Positions 16,397 through 34,083 of a stretch of DNA of 64,000 nucleotides are shown one piece after another; position 1 is the stretch's first letter, and the number at the start of each line of letters is the position of its first letter. Both the position numbers and the translations under genes were made by a program. This DNA comes from the human T2T-CHM13v2.0 reference genome, Homo sapiens. Below the pieces are notes generated by a model that saw only the letters and a program-made list of their open reading frames with translations, was not told the DNA's origin and made no database searches. The stretch lies in NCBI RefSeq assembly GCF_009914755.1, contig NC_060931.1; one strand, written 5' to 3'.

Positions 16397-18103
16397 TGCT
16401 GTATGCCTCAGTTTCCTCCTCTGCAGAATGTACAGTGGGCCCCTATGGTGGGGGAGAAAACCTAGTGGGAGGCTAGGAGGTGGTAGCTAGCAGGAACCCA
16501 GCCCTCCAAACTTGCCCACCTCCTCTCTTCACCCTCACAGTTGCAAGGTTTGTCCCAGTGGCCTTTGGTACAATGTGACCCACCTTCCTGGCCATGGTTG
16601 ATGGTCCGAGGAGGTAAGCCAGAGTTCATCTGATTGACTCGGTGTCTCCCCAAGTGGCCAGGCCTGCAGCAAGCCTCCTCAGCCTTCCAAAGACACCCTG
16701 TTTTATGCCATGTGGGCCAGAGGCGTGGAGAAACCAGCAAAGGGAGAGAGGGGGAGAGGACACTGAAAGAAGGGCCAGGGAACAGGCAGTGTGCCCTTCC
16801 CCTGAGATGTGGCCTGGGGGTGCTGGGAGAGGTCCCATGGTTCCCCAGGCAGGTGCTGGGCGAGTTAGGTGAGCCTGCCTCAGGCCCTGCAACACGTCTC
16901 ACTTGGAACCCCTGTCCAAGGCCATGGTCTACACCTGCACTGCCTGTCATCACAGCGAGGCCCCTTTCCTCTTTGGAGTATGTCTTCTCTGTGAGGGGAG
17001 ATTGGTGCCCGTTGGATTGCTGCAGCATCCCTAGCACCTCGCACACAGTAGGTGCACAATACGTATTTGCCAAGAGGATAAATGAGTGAACAGAAAGATC
17101 TGGAGTGAAAATGGACAGTCTGAGGAGAGCGTCTGGCAGAAGCTTGTTTGACAAGAACATCACTTAGGGAGGCATTGGGTTCAGCGTTCAAGATTGTCAT
17201 GTCACCTTGAATCCTCAGACCTGCCCTTGGTGCCACTGTACTGGTTCCAAGATCTGCGTCCAAGAAAGGTGAGGTCCTCTGCCCAAGACTGGCTGGCTTT
17301 TAACACACAGCTGGTCCTCAGCCTCAGCCTGTGACCCCACCTGCCTTGGAGCTCAGCGGAGTCTTCTGATGGAGATGGGAGACAAATACAGCGAGAGTGG
17401 TCCGGAACGTGGGCACCTCTCTACTCATGCTCATGGCTACCTTGTCTGTTTCCTTGGATGGACTGGCTCGGAAACACAGGTGGCATGAGAGAGGCGGCAG
17501 GACTGGAGGAGCCACGCTGCCTGGGGCCCTCCCCTGTGGCCGGTCCAGGGAGGAATAGCTCCAGGAGGGAGCCTCGTGGTGGCAGCTGAGGGCCAAATGA
17601 GCAGGTCAGTTCTTCGAGCACGTGTGACTATTGGAACAGAGCAACGACCTAAGGTTTAAGCCTTAAAAAGGGCATTGAAGTTAAGGGACTAGACACAGCA
17701 GCCCAAGAAGGGACCTGTTATCCACGGCACCACTCACCGTCCGGCTGACCGAGTAATGTTTGGAGACAAGAGAGGTCCCCAAGTGGGGAGGGTGTGGGTG
17801 GGACCAGGGCTCCCCAGCCTGTCCCTGCCCTCTCCATCCGACCTGGCTCTTCCCAAACCCCTGTTCCCCCAAATATGCCATCCTGATGCCCGCATGTGAT
17901 ACGCCGGCTCTCCATCTGCCTCTGGAGCAGTACTGGAGCAGAGCTCAGGGGGAGTCTGTCCTGTTCCTCTGCACACAGCACCCCAAGACTTTGCAGGGAA
18001 AACTTGTCACAAGGCTCAGATTCCCGTCCCCTCTCGGGCTCAGATTCCTGATCCAGGAACCCGCATTTGTTAAACGTGTGTGGTCACGACATAGGGACTA
18101 TAA

Positions 18104-18451
<348 letters not shown>

Positions 18452-18529
18452 TAGAGTCCTTATTTTATAGAGTTCGGAACTGAGATATTTTCAGATGCAA
18501 TGATGGATCGTCTGGGATTTGCTTTTAGA

Positions 18530-19110
18530 GAGAAACAGGCGGCGGGGCTCCGCTGGAGGTGTAAGAGAACCTGGACTGGCTTCTTCGTTACATCCGGTCT
18601 GCTTTTGAATGTATTTGAATTCTTTTGGAAACCATTTCCCGCCCCTCGGAGACTCTGAGGGAGGGGCGGGAGACCCAGGACCCTGGCCGGGTTGGGTTTG
18701 GCGTTGGCTGGCGGGCACCGGGGCTGGCAGGCGCAGGGGCTGCGGCTGGGCGGGCTCTGGCGCCACCTGGCGGCCGTCGTGGGACCGACGCCCCTTGGAG
18801 CGCCCCTGGGCCCGCGGAATCAGCCGCTGAGCAGCAGCCGGGAAGGGGCGAGGGAGCCCCACTCCATGCCAGGCACTGGCCCACGCCTGCTGCCCTGACC
18901 CTGGAGGCCCCTTCAGCGCAGCACCCCAGCCAACTGCGCTCTCCCAGGGTCCACCTCGGATTCTCACCCCCTACTCCCGTCAGAGGCCACTTGGCCCCGA
19001 CAGTCCTCTGTGTGGATGACAGGTCACGACTTGACGATGGCGGGGTCCTCCTGCTGGGTGGGAGTGGGCGCGCCTGCGCGTACGGCACGGCCAAGCAACT
19101 CGCTAGGGCC
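18530..19110. promoter_or_regulatory. Orphan CpG island with CTCF and NRF1-like motifs
   Basis: Non-repeat GC/CpG-rich block. tggcgccacctggcggccg at 18758-18776 (reverse complement CGGCCGCCAGGTGGCGCCA); GC box ggggcggg ~18663; gcgcctgcgc ~19070. Confidence 0.75.
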
Positions 19111-19123
19111 CTGCTTTTTGTAA

Positions 19124-19612
<489 letters not shown>

Positions 19613-19677
19613 TGAGAACCCCGTCCGGGGCTGTGTTAAGCACCTTTTGTAGAACTGTATTTTTATTAAAACATCAA

Positions 19678-20113
<436 letters not shown>

Positions 20114-20804
20114 TTAGCTCTTCCAGCTGATTCTCTTCTGTTTTGCCTCCATGTCTCTAAACAACAGATTTCCATCGTTAGCGTTTCCTACTGGCTACGG
20201 AAGAGGAGGACTTAACTCCTCCTCACACCCACCCCACCCCTCCTACCTCCTCATCCGCCACTGAATTCTTACCTTGGGTCAGATGGATGTTGATGGGTTA
20301 GGTAACTACTGTTCACAAATGAGCGGTGGACTATATATTAGGACTATTTTTCCTTTCTGCCACCTTTTTCTTTTCTCTGGATTTACTGATTGTCTTGAAC
20401 TTCCTTTCACTTAGTTCTCCAGATGTTTATGGCTATTTTATCACCAAATTCTTCCCCAGCTGTGTAACTCTCCTTTTGATAAATTCCTGTCCGATAGTCT
20501 GTTCATTTCAGTGTTTTGAAGAACTCTTTCCCGGGGCTTCTGCCCTGCAGCCCAGAGAGGCCCTTGCCTCCCTCTTGGTTGGCCGACCCTGGTTCCTGGA
20601 TCGTTTTTCTTGTTTCTTCCTTTATTCTCCCATTTTAATTGAGTACGTCCTTCCATAGCTTCCTGAAAAAAGATGCTTGAGAGGTAAAGTTTTGAGAGCT
20701 TGTATATCTGACCCTGTTTTTATTTTACCGTAACACTTGCTTGGTAGCTTAGCTGGGTATGTAATTGTTATCCGGGTATCAGTTTCCCTCAGTTTTGGTT
20801 TTTG

Positions 20805-21093
20805 ATTTTAGAGACAAGATCTCACTCTGTTGCCCAGGATGGAGTGCAGTGTTGCTCACAGCTTTGCAATCTTGAACTCCTGGGCTCAAGCAGTCCTCCC
20901 ACCTCAGCCTCCCAAGAAGCTGGGACCACAGGTGTGCACCAGCACACCTGGCTAATTTTCTAAACTTTTTTTTTTGAGATTGGGTGCCTTACTTTGCTTC
21001 CCAAGCCAGTCTTGAACTCCTGGCTTCAAGTGATCCTCCCACCTTGGCCTCCCAAAGTGTTGGGATTACAGGCATGAGCCACTTCACCCAGCC
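20805..21093 (-). mobile_element. AluJ
   Basis: Alu consensus. Confidence 0.85.
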
Positions 21094-21687
21094 CCCTCAG
21101 AGTGTTGAAGGCATGGCTACCTTCTAGTGTTGTAGATGAGAAGTCTGAGGCCACTCTTATCCTTCAGCCTTCCTATTACATCTATCTATATGTAGGATTG
21201 GAAGCTTGTAGAGTCTTCTCTGTGCCCTCAATATCCCCAGAGTTCATGACAGTGTGCTTTGAATGGGCCTAATTTTACATTGTACAGAGTATTTGGGGCA
21301 TTCTTTCAATATGTATTTCATAACTTTCAACTCTGAGAATTCAGGAGAGAAATTAGAAGTAGAAGATAAATCCAGGATGTCCAAGTTGGAGTTTTGGGAA
21401 AACGAGTATATAATAGGAAGGAAGTTATTTGTAAACATACATGAAAATTTCCCAGAACTGAATATCCTGTCTGCAGATTGAAAACTCTGGTAGCATTTAA
21501 CACGGTGAGTGAAATGACACCCACAGCAAGGCACGTGGTGGTGGCATTTTGTGGTTTGTATGTTTGAAGCTGTGTTTAAATATCACATAGAATATGATTT
21601 GAACTTCAATATACAGTCCAGGCAATAAGTATTGTGGCTGAGATGGAGGAGAAGTTGATACTGTTTGGCTGCATCAAGATACATTCA

Positions 21688-21978
<291 letters not shown>

Positions 21979-23116
21979 TGTATCCAGGAAGGCTTCATGG
22001 AGATGAAACTTCATCTGGTTTGTAAAAGATGGACAGACAGCAGGGCTGGAATCTCTCAGGGGCAGGAAACACTGAGCTTGTAATGACCCCCGAGGTGTGT
22101 GGGTGACTGTGCCCTGGGTCAGGTGATGGGGCTGGCCCAATACTCAAGATAAGGGCTGACGTACAGAAGGTATCCCTATTGTGAAGGCTGGTTGAGCCAC
22201 CCTCTGCTCCTAATCTGAGACATCCCATGGAGAAAACAATGGCCTCACTGTATTCACCTAAGCCCAATCACAGCCAAGAGGCTTGAGCAGCTGAGGCCCA
22301 CCAGGTAAAGATCGAAAGACCAATAAGCAGGTAAAGGTAGGGACACATCCTGCTTCCTCCAGGGAACTGAAGGGTGGAGGGTCCTGCTGTATAGGTCCCC
22401 TTGTGGGAATTCACCAAGCCCTCCCTGTGTTCCCCATAGAGTCGGAATCATGGCACCAGAAGGGACCTTAGAGCCACCCAACTTCTGAGCAAAGGCCAGA
22501 GGGAGGTGGGATTGGCCCAAGGTCCCGCTGCTCATTGGTGACAGGGCTGGGTTTAGAACCCATGTTTCTAGACCCTCACTCCCTTTGTCCTCATGGGGAG
22601 GGGCAGCCTTTCAGGAATAAACACTCAAAGACATTCATCTGCAGGTCATCTGCACTCAGCTCGGGGGCATCGCAGGGCGTCCGGTTGTGGGAAAGGGGAC
22701 AGTGGGCCAGAGGGGAGGGGTTGCCATTTGCAGTTTGACTCAGGATCTGCATTTTGAGCTCCTGTTGAAGATGGAATTGCTCAGGGTCATTACGCATGCT
22801 CTCCAAATGTTCACATCTCCCTGTTCTGTATTTTCTGGGTCAGGGTCCTCAGGACTGTCCCCTGCCTGAGGGCCCTGAGCAGCCCTGGGGGCAGACGCCT
22901 CCCAGAGAGACACAGAGCCAGGTTCTGTTCAGAAACGCCTTGGGCTTCCAGTTTTGCATAAAGTTTGCTGGTAAGTGAGGCTGGCAGCACTTCTGAGGCT
23001 GGAGTCAGCTCCGTGGAGGCAGGGCCCTCATCTTATTCATCCCACCTCCCCTCAGAGGCTGGCACAGTGCTTAATACACAGAATGGGCCAAATACCCTTG
23101 TGGAGAGTAGCCGGCT

Positions 23117-23496
23117 CTTATGGGTTAAGTTGTGTCCCCCAAAAGATGCCAAAGTCTTAACCCCCCATATCTGTGAGTGTGACCTTATTTGGAAACAGGA
23201 TCTGTGTAGATGATTAAGATAAGTTGTGCTAATCCAATATGGCTGTGCCCTTTTAAAGAAGGGAAATTTGGACACAGAGACAGACAGGCACACAGGGAGA
23301 ACGCCATGCCATGTGCAGATTGAGTGAGTGAAGCCTCTGGAAGCTGGGAGGGAGGCCTGGGACCGAGCCTTCCCTAGTGCCCTCAGAGGGGGACTAGCCC
23401 TGCCGACACTATGGTCTCCAACTTCTGGCCTCCAGAACCAGGAGACCATACATCTCTTTTGTTCAAGCCAGTAGGAAGCCCCAGGAAACCAATGTA
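23117..23496 (+). mobile_element. MLT1B-like MaLR LTR
   Basis: ttatgggttaagttgtgtcccccaaaag...gtgaccttatttggaaacagg...ggcctccagaac. Confidence 0.85.
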
Positions 23497-24912
23497 TGGC
23501 CCAAAACACTGCCTGGTTTCCGCCTCCTGCTTGCCAGGCTGGTCTGTCTGTCTCCCGGCCTGCTGTGGATGTTTGCAGCCCAGCTGCCAGGGAGCAACAT
23601 CAGTGAGACTGGGGTCATGGGTCCTGTGCCCCATGGACTGCATGTGGGACCCAAGCACTCAGCAGCCTCCCCAACCCATGTGCCTCAGCAAGGGGAACAG
23701 CTGGTGGAAGAGAGCGCCCTGGCCAGGGTCGTGGAGGACTGGGCCTCTATCTAGTTCCATTATGAGGCAGGGGTCCCTCCATCCTGCTTTGGCTCTGTGA
23801 CCCAGTCTCTGACCACTTTCTTATTTAAGGAAAGACAAATAATTCTTGTGCTCCACAAGTCCTTGCCAATTTAATGTCATTTTCATTTGCAGCCTTTTAG
23901 GCTATTTAATTTGTAAATTTCCCTCAATAATTCCAGCAACATTATTTTCAGAGCCCTGATTGCAGCATTTACATTTTTTAGTATTCCATGAACCGCACTC
24001 TGAGATGTGTGGCTGCAGCCATCATCAGGGTACAGCCAGAAAGCACCCCAAGGGTGGGCGCCCTCCCATCCTGCCTGCAGGCGGTGGCTTGCTGGCATCT
24101 GTGGGAACTGCCCGTGTCCATGTGCTGAGAGGAATGACCTGCAGGAATGGGTCCCTCTGCACCCGCTTCCAGGACTGCCCGCCAGCGTGCAATTCCCCAT
24201 CTGCTGCTAAGACCTTCCTGGATCAATATCCCTCATCTGGGTCATCCAGGGAAGCTTTTGCACGTGGTTTCACACTTCTCAATTCCAAGCCCTGAGGGGC
24301 TGGTTATTCTCCTTTCTCCCCACCCCACCCTACCCCAGGTTCATTCCCAGCGCTCTGGTCTGCTCTGTGTCTCAGGGCTGGCCCCAGCGGGTGCTCAGGG
24401 TGAAAGGAGAGGGGCCGTGTCTCCGAAGCTCCCTCCCACCTCCTTGCCAATCGTGGGCAGCAGCCACGTTCCTCAGGCCACTGTCCCTGTTTTGTGATCT
24501 AGCCTCAGCAGCCACCTCCTTTATTGTTCGAGGGGGCTGGAACTGGCCCTGCAGCAGCCTCTGGAAACCTCGAAGCTACATCATAACCAAGCAAGTCTGT
24601 GGAGTCCCCACCTCCTTTGGCCACTAGCATCTGGCCTGTGGTCTGGGAGGGTGCAACTCACAGATGGAGCTTTGACATGTGTGGGTCCTGCCACAGCCAG
24701 GGAGGCTAAAAGAGTGAGTGTCTGGCATTTCCTGCTTGTACAGTGGGAGGTGATTTATGCCTGGTAAGAGGGTTTCCCTAGATCCATGAAGACTGAAGAT
24801 ATGTGATGATAGATGAAGAACTTCCGGTGTTGGAAGCCTTAGTGAGTGCCAAGGAAGTTCCGTGTAGCCCAGAAAAACCGAAAAACCATCATAAGTTCTG
24901 ACTTGTCTGTAG

Positions 24913-25210
<298 letters not shown>

Positions 25211-25211
25211 C

Positions 25212-27210
<1,999 letters not shown>

Positions 27211-27211
27211 G

Positions 27212-27462
27212 TGGCCCAGTCTTGGCTCACTGCAACCTCCGCTTCCTGGGTTCAAGTGATTCTCCTGCCTCGGCCTCCCAAAGTGCTGGGATTACAGGTG
27301 TGAGCCACTGCACCCGGCCAGTATTGTGTATTTAAACATAATGAAACATGGAAAAGGTACAGTAAATGTACGGTATAATCGTATGGGTCCCATCATCTTA
27401 TGGGACCACCGTCATGTATGCCGTCTGTCATTGGCCAATATCATTATGCAGCACATGACTGT
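27212..27462. mobile_element. Chimeric Alu remnant (-) fused to a Tigger-type DNA transposon end
   Basis: Alu right arm joins directly to the left-arm start, followed by atgggaccaccgtc...gcagcacatgactg (Tigger-like terminus). Confidence 0.6.
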
Positions 27463-27749
27463 GTATTTGGGAGTGGAATATGCCAGCATTCCATTTAGGG
27501 GGGTTCAAGACGTTCGTTGTGGCATGACTTGGAGGGCATCTCCCGCTTCCTCTATTAGATGATAACCTCCTTGAAGGGCAGAGCTAGAATTAACGCTGGG
27601 GCGGGGGGGCTCAGAGGCATCATCTAGTCCAATCCCCTTGTGTAGGTGGGGAAACTGAGGCCCATAGCGAGGCAGACCCCTGAGACCCTGAGAGGCAAGA
27701 CCATGTTGGTGTCACGTTAGAGTCCAGGGCTCTTTCTAGTCTTCCACAG

Positions 27750-29063
27750 GGTGTGTGTGAGTGTGAGAGTGTGAGTGAGTGTGTCAGTGTGTGTGGGCTA
27801 TGTGTGTTTGTGAGTGTCTGACTGTTGGGGAGTGGTGTGTGAGTGCATGTGTGAGTATGGGTGTGTGTGGGTATGAGTGTGTGAATGTGTGTGGGTGAGT
27901 GTGTCTCTGTGTGTATGAATGTGTGGGGGTGGTGTGTGTGTGCGAGTGTGAGGAGTGATGTGAGTGCGTGTGTATATATGTGTGAATGTGTGTGTTTGTG
28001 TGAGTGTGGATGTGTGTGGGGTGTGAGTGTGAGGGAGTGGTGTGTGTGCGTGTGTGTGAATGTGTGAGTGTGGATGTCTGGGGGGTGTGTGTGAGAGTGA
28101 GGGAGTGGAGTGTCAGTGCATGTGTGTGGGTGTGTGAATGTATGAGTGTGTGAAGGTGTGTGTGGCTGTGAGTGTGGGGGAGTAGTGTGACTGCATGTAT
28201 ATGGGTGTGTGGGTGTGTATAAATGAACGTATTTGTGAGTGTGGGTGTGGATATGTGTGAGTGTGGGTTGTGGGGATGTGTGTGTGTGAGTGTAGAGGAG
28301 TGTGGAGTGGTATGTCAGTGCATGTATGTGGGTGTATATGAGTGTGTGAAGGTATGTGTTACTGAGTTTGTGTGTGAGTGGGTGGGAGAGGTGTGAGTGA
28401 ATGTGTATGGGTGTGTGTGGGTGTGTATGAGTGAATGCGTGTGTGTGAGGGTGGGTGTGAGTGATGTAGGGGAAGTGGTGTGTGAGCACGTGTATGGGTA
28501 TGTGTGGGTGTGTATGAGTGAATGTGTATTTGTGAGTGTGTGTGTGGTGTAGGAGTGGTGTTTGAGTGCATGTGTATGGGTGTGTGTGGTTGTGTATGAG
28601 CATGTGTGAGTTCGTGTGTGTGGGAGTGAGTTTGGGATGTGTGGGGAGGGTGTGAGAGTGTGGGGGAGTTGTGTGGGGGAGTAGTGTGTGTGCATGTGTA
28701 TGGGTGTTTGGTGGGTGTGTATGAGTGAGTGTATTTATGTGTGTGATGTGGGGGAGTGGTGTGTGAGTGCATGTGTATGGGTGTGTGGTTGTGTATGAGT
28801 GTGTGTGAGTTCGTGTGTGTGTGGGGTGTGTGTGTGAGAGTGTGTGTGAGTGTGGGGGAGTGGTGTATGTGTATGTGTATGGGTGTTTGGTGTGTGTGTG
28901 AGTGAATGTGTATTTGTGAGTGTGTGTGTGGTGTAGGGGGAGTAGTGTATGACTGCATGTGTATGAGTGTGTTTGGTTGTGTATGAGTTCATGTGCGTGA
29001 GTGTGGGTGTGTGCGTGACTGTGGGTATGAGTGTGTGTGTTTGTAAGTGTGAGTGTGGGTGTG
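27750..29063. repeat. ~1.3 kb TG-rich compound tandem repeat
   Basis: (TG)n with recurring ggggagtggtgtgtgagtgcatgtgtatgggtgtg blocks. Confidence 0.95.
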
Positions 29064-29910
29064 AGATGGAAAGGGGGGCAGGGGTGGAGAGAGATGAGGC
29101 AGCCTGAGCCCCGGGACGCTCCCCACCCGTTGACCCAGGAGGCTGAGTCAGGCGCCAGTCCCCACTGCCCCGGCCGCCTCCCAGTTCTTGGCACAGGAAA
29201 GCTTGTGCTGGGAGCAGAGCCACAGAGGCTGTTCTTAGAAAATGGCATTGGTTGGGGACATGTAACCAAAGGCTGGAGAACTCGCTCCTTTTCAGCAGTT
29301 AGGAGAGGGGCTCTCAGATACTCTAACCCCAGCGCATCTTACCAAGGTCCTGACGGTCTCAGCAGCAGGCTGGGCCAGGGTCCCGACGAAAGCCTTAAAA
29401 TAATTCATGGGTCAAAAGCATGAACTGAAAAAATGTTAATATTCTTCGTAGTCCGTTAAATTGTACCAGTTTATATCCTCACCAGCAAGGTATGAAGACA
29501 TGTATTTCCCGGTTCCTCCACCCATGGCAGCCTTGGATATTATCAGATATTTAAACCTATCCCAGCTTAGGAGCAGGCAAATGATTTCTTGTGGTTCATT
29601 GTGTTTCTTTAATTACTGGAGGGGATAAACCTCTTTGTAAACGTTTGTGGGTCACTTTAATTTTTTGGTGAATTTCTGTGGTCGTTAATTCGTGTTGGGT
29701 TCCTCTTTTGTTTAGGAACTTCTTCACACTTCTTAGAGAGAGATACAGAGGGCTTTTAGAAATGGGTGCCTGGCCCATAGTGGGTGCTCAGTAGACGTCC
29801 GTCAAGTTAATGAATGACCATGGAGGATCTGGCTTGATGAGGGGTGCAGTGTACTATTCTCTCAAGGTTCTGGGCTTAGAGGGCCAATATGGTCAAATTT
29901 TATAGTGACA

Positions 29911-30268
<358 letters not shown>

Positions 30269-31005
30269 TTAATTCTTGCTAGGCAGGTCTCCGGGGCTGT
30301 GATCTAACACAAATTCTGAGTCTCACCACCAGAGGGAGCCCTAGACTCAGGAAGATCCCGAGGCGGGTGGGGTACTGCTCAATTTTTAACAGCTGTGTCC
30401 TCAGAGTTTTCCATTTTGCACCTAAAAATTTTCCTCCAGGTTTACTGGCTGAAAAGCATGCAACTTCCAGCTTATTAAAAATATTAATATTTTGAAAATA
30501 AAACATGTGACTCTTGGCTGTGTGTTCAGTGATATGCAGGCATCGTATCACTCTGGCACCCACCATTTAAACATACGTAAATGAGTTCTTTAACCATTCT
30601 TTCCATCCACCTCCCTCATAAACTTTTATCCTAATATATGTTATGTGTGAAAGTCATATGGCTTATACCTCTCATACTTCTCAGCAATGAAAATATGTTT
30701 ATACATTGAAATTGAAGGAAGCGGTACCTTTGTGATCAGGTCTGTAATTATGGAAACGTTACCTTCTGCTTACAGTTATCATCACCATTATGGATATTTG
30801 ATTAAAACAGAATAAATATGTGACAAACTAATTAACAATTGTTAAACATAAAAAGTACGTTTTTATTGGAAATGCATCTCTCAATGAGGTGAATGAAGTT
30901 GTTTTTATTTCCTAGCTTACGTATCTCTGTGCTAGAGTAAGACGCATTATAAACATCGATTCTAGTTCTTCGTTTTCTTTATTATTATAGATGTTGATGG
31001 TGAGA

Positions 31006-31190
31006 CTTTTTTTTTCTGAGACAGAGTCTCAAAGAAAAAAAAATCAATGCTTCCTGCACTTTTGCTAATTTCACTCCAGTTTGTCGTCCAGGCTGGAGTG
31101 CAGTGGTGCAATCTCAACTCATTGCAGCCTCTTCCTCCTGGGTTCAAGTGATTCTGTGCCTCGGCTTCCCAAGTAGCTGGGATTACAGGT
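31006..31190 (-). mobile_element. Rearranged partial Alu
   Basis: Alu tail and end, then ~45 bp non-Alu sequence, then an Alu right-arm segment. Confidence 0.75.
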
Positions 31191-31302
31191 AAGTCTGTCT
31201 TCTAGCTAATACAAACTTAAATGACCAGTAATAGGGTACGATTGACTAATCTATGGTTATGTCCACTTGGGGAGATATGAAGTAGCTACTGAAGTTATAT
31301 TA

Positions 31303-31680
<378 letters not shown>

Positions 31681-32783
31681 ATATGCTTAGGATACATTAA
31701 TTAAAAAAATAGGTTAAAAATTTGCACACCTGGGATGATGACTGTAAGAAAAGCTCTTATTAGAGAGAAAACTCTGGAAAACTTTAACATGTTATAATGG
31801 TTCTATTTTAGGTAAGGAAAATTACTTAAAATATAATTTTCTCATTTTCTTCTCTCATTTTATTTTATTATTTGAAAACAATTTTAATAATGAAAAAGTA
31901 AGAAAAATGTATCAAATAGCATTCTCAAGATATTCAGCAAATCTTCTCTTGGGCCAGCCTTGCATCCAGGTGGTATAGGGATCTGCTGGTAATCCAGGCA
32001 TCGGCCAGTGGAGTGGGGAAGGAAGGAAAGACGCCCCTCTTTCCCAGCTCCCACCAAAGCTCCCTTACAAGCCGTCCTGATGACAGCAATTCTGTCCCTA
32101 ACACGGACTCCTCTGTACTACTCCTTTGGGGGTACCCCACTAAAAATCGGCTACATGAGGATAAATCACTTAGACGCTGCAGCAGCGTGGTCATTAGTGG
32201 CTTCAAGATGAGCGCACGGGTGGGGGTAAGGAGGTCGGATGGGAGGATGGGGGAATGTGCACACAAGAGCGAGGTCATCTGAAGCTCTGTCTAAAGCTTT
32301 GTCTGGAGTGGGTCCTTGTTGATGCAGCCTGGTTGCCTACTGAGCGCCCATTCTCTTCTTCCTTGCTCACAGATTACCTTTTTCTTTTTTTTCCTGTAGT
32401 GGGTAGGCAATGATTTCCCAAGATCCCTTGCAATTAGGAGTGTCTATGTGGCATTTTTCTAGGCAGTCAGGTGTGAGGGAGTCTAAGGGATGGGGATTCT
32501 GGACGAGCTACTACTATTTGCCTGACAAAAATGGGCAGACTTGGTGGGCAAGTGGTTTCCATTCTTTGCCCTCCCCACTTCCTCTGGTCTGAACCACAAG
32601 CACGATGCCTGGATGCGCAGTTGCTATCTGTTGTCCATGGCACAGAAGCATTGAAAGACAAATTTCAGGGAAAAAAGTAAAACCATGACTCTTCTTCAGG
32701 TTAAAAATGAACACTGTTAAAGGTTTTATTTAATTCATGTGGAAACTAGGCAGATGATATAACCATTTCAAAAGAGGAGTCAA

Positions 32784-33105
32784 GGCTGGGCATAGTGGCT
32801 CACACCTATAATCCTAGCCCTTTGGGAAGCTGAGATGGGTGGATTGCTTGAGCTCCGGAGTTCAAGACCAGCCTGGGAAATTTGGCGAAACCCTGTCTTG
32901 ACCAAAAAATACAAAAAAAAAAAAAAAAAAAAAAAAAGCCAGGCATGGTGGCCTGCACCTGTGGTCTCAGCTACTCAGAGGCTAAGGCATGAGAATCACC
33001 TGAGCCCAGGAGATGGCGGTTGCAGTGAGCAAGATCACACCACTGCACTCCAGCTTGAGTGAGAGAGTGAGACCGTGTCTCAAAAAACAAAAACAAAAAA
33101 CAAAC
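32784..33105 (+). mobile_element. AluJ with expanded middle A-run
   Basis: Alu consensus, TSD agaggagtcaag. Confidence 0.85.
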
Positions 33106-33502
33106 AGAGAGGAGTCAAGAAGCACAAATTCATGTGGAGTCATGTGGTGTGAAGGAATGTTGAAATGAGTGGCAGGTAGAGGGTAAGCCTATTTTTCCTA
33201 CCGTTGGTTACAGAATTGTGAAACAGCTGCCTGGAATCAGAATGTGACTGTGATGCAGGTGGAAGGCCATGCTGTCCACCGTGCATGGTTTTCCCTGCAG
33301 CACACATGCTTTCTCCAGAGGGACTGCACACCTCTGGGAAAGAAACAAAAACAAACAAACAAAAAAACCTGTATTTTCTGAAATGATAGTTGTTAGGTTT
33401 TGCTAAATGCACCTGACCACCACCTTAATTGCTTGAGCTGAATGTAACATGATTCAGTTATTGATGACTAGCCTTCAGACACTGCAGGGCATTAAAAAAA
33501 AT

Positions 33503-33722
33503 TTATGGGAGGCCGTCAGTTTGGACTGAACTTCTGTGCTAGACCCCAACAGACAAGCAAAATGGAGTCACTCATGCTAAAGTTCCACATCACCAAACAC
33601 AAACTAAGTTGTTTATCTGACCCTCTAAGAAATCAGAAGAGAGACATGAAACTAAATCCCTGAAAGGGCTAGGTTAGCTCTCAGGATAAGGAAGTTTCCT
33701 TGGTTTTAACCCTATAAGGAAA
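33503..33722 (+). mobile_element. ERV1 LTR fragment (MER34/MER39-like)
   Basis: tttggactgaacttctgtgctagaccccaacagac...aaaatggagtcactcatgctaaagttcc. Confidence 0.65.
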
Positions 33723-34083
33723 GGACAGTAGTTCTCCTTTATCCATGTTTCACTTTCCAAGGTTTTAGTTACCCACATTCTAAAAACAGGTGAGTACAGT
33801 TGAGTAAGATATAAGGTATTTTGAGAGAGAGAGGGAGCACATTCACATAACTTTTATTACAGTATATTGTTATACAGCACAAATAAACCTATGATCTGGT
33901 CCCTATGTCCTTATGTCTAGGTGAAGAAACTAGACACGTATGCATAAAATATAAGGGCAATTTGTGAATGTTGTAAGAACGAGGGTGCAGCCCAGGTGTT
34001 GAGCACAGGTTCTGGGCAGAGCTTTGAGAGACGGTTAGTGAGGCCTTTTGTAGGTGGACAGGGAAGGGAAGAGTGACAGAATA

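Noticed and set aside
16462-17263. 233-aa and neighbouring ORFs
   Set aside because: No recognisable protein; partly old L2/MIR-like sequence and no clear splice framework.
27620-29269. 549-aa His/Thr-rich ORF and overlapping ORFs
   Set aside because: Translation of the (CA)n strand of a TG-rich repeat; low-complexity sequence lacks stops.
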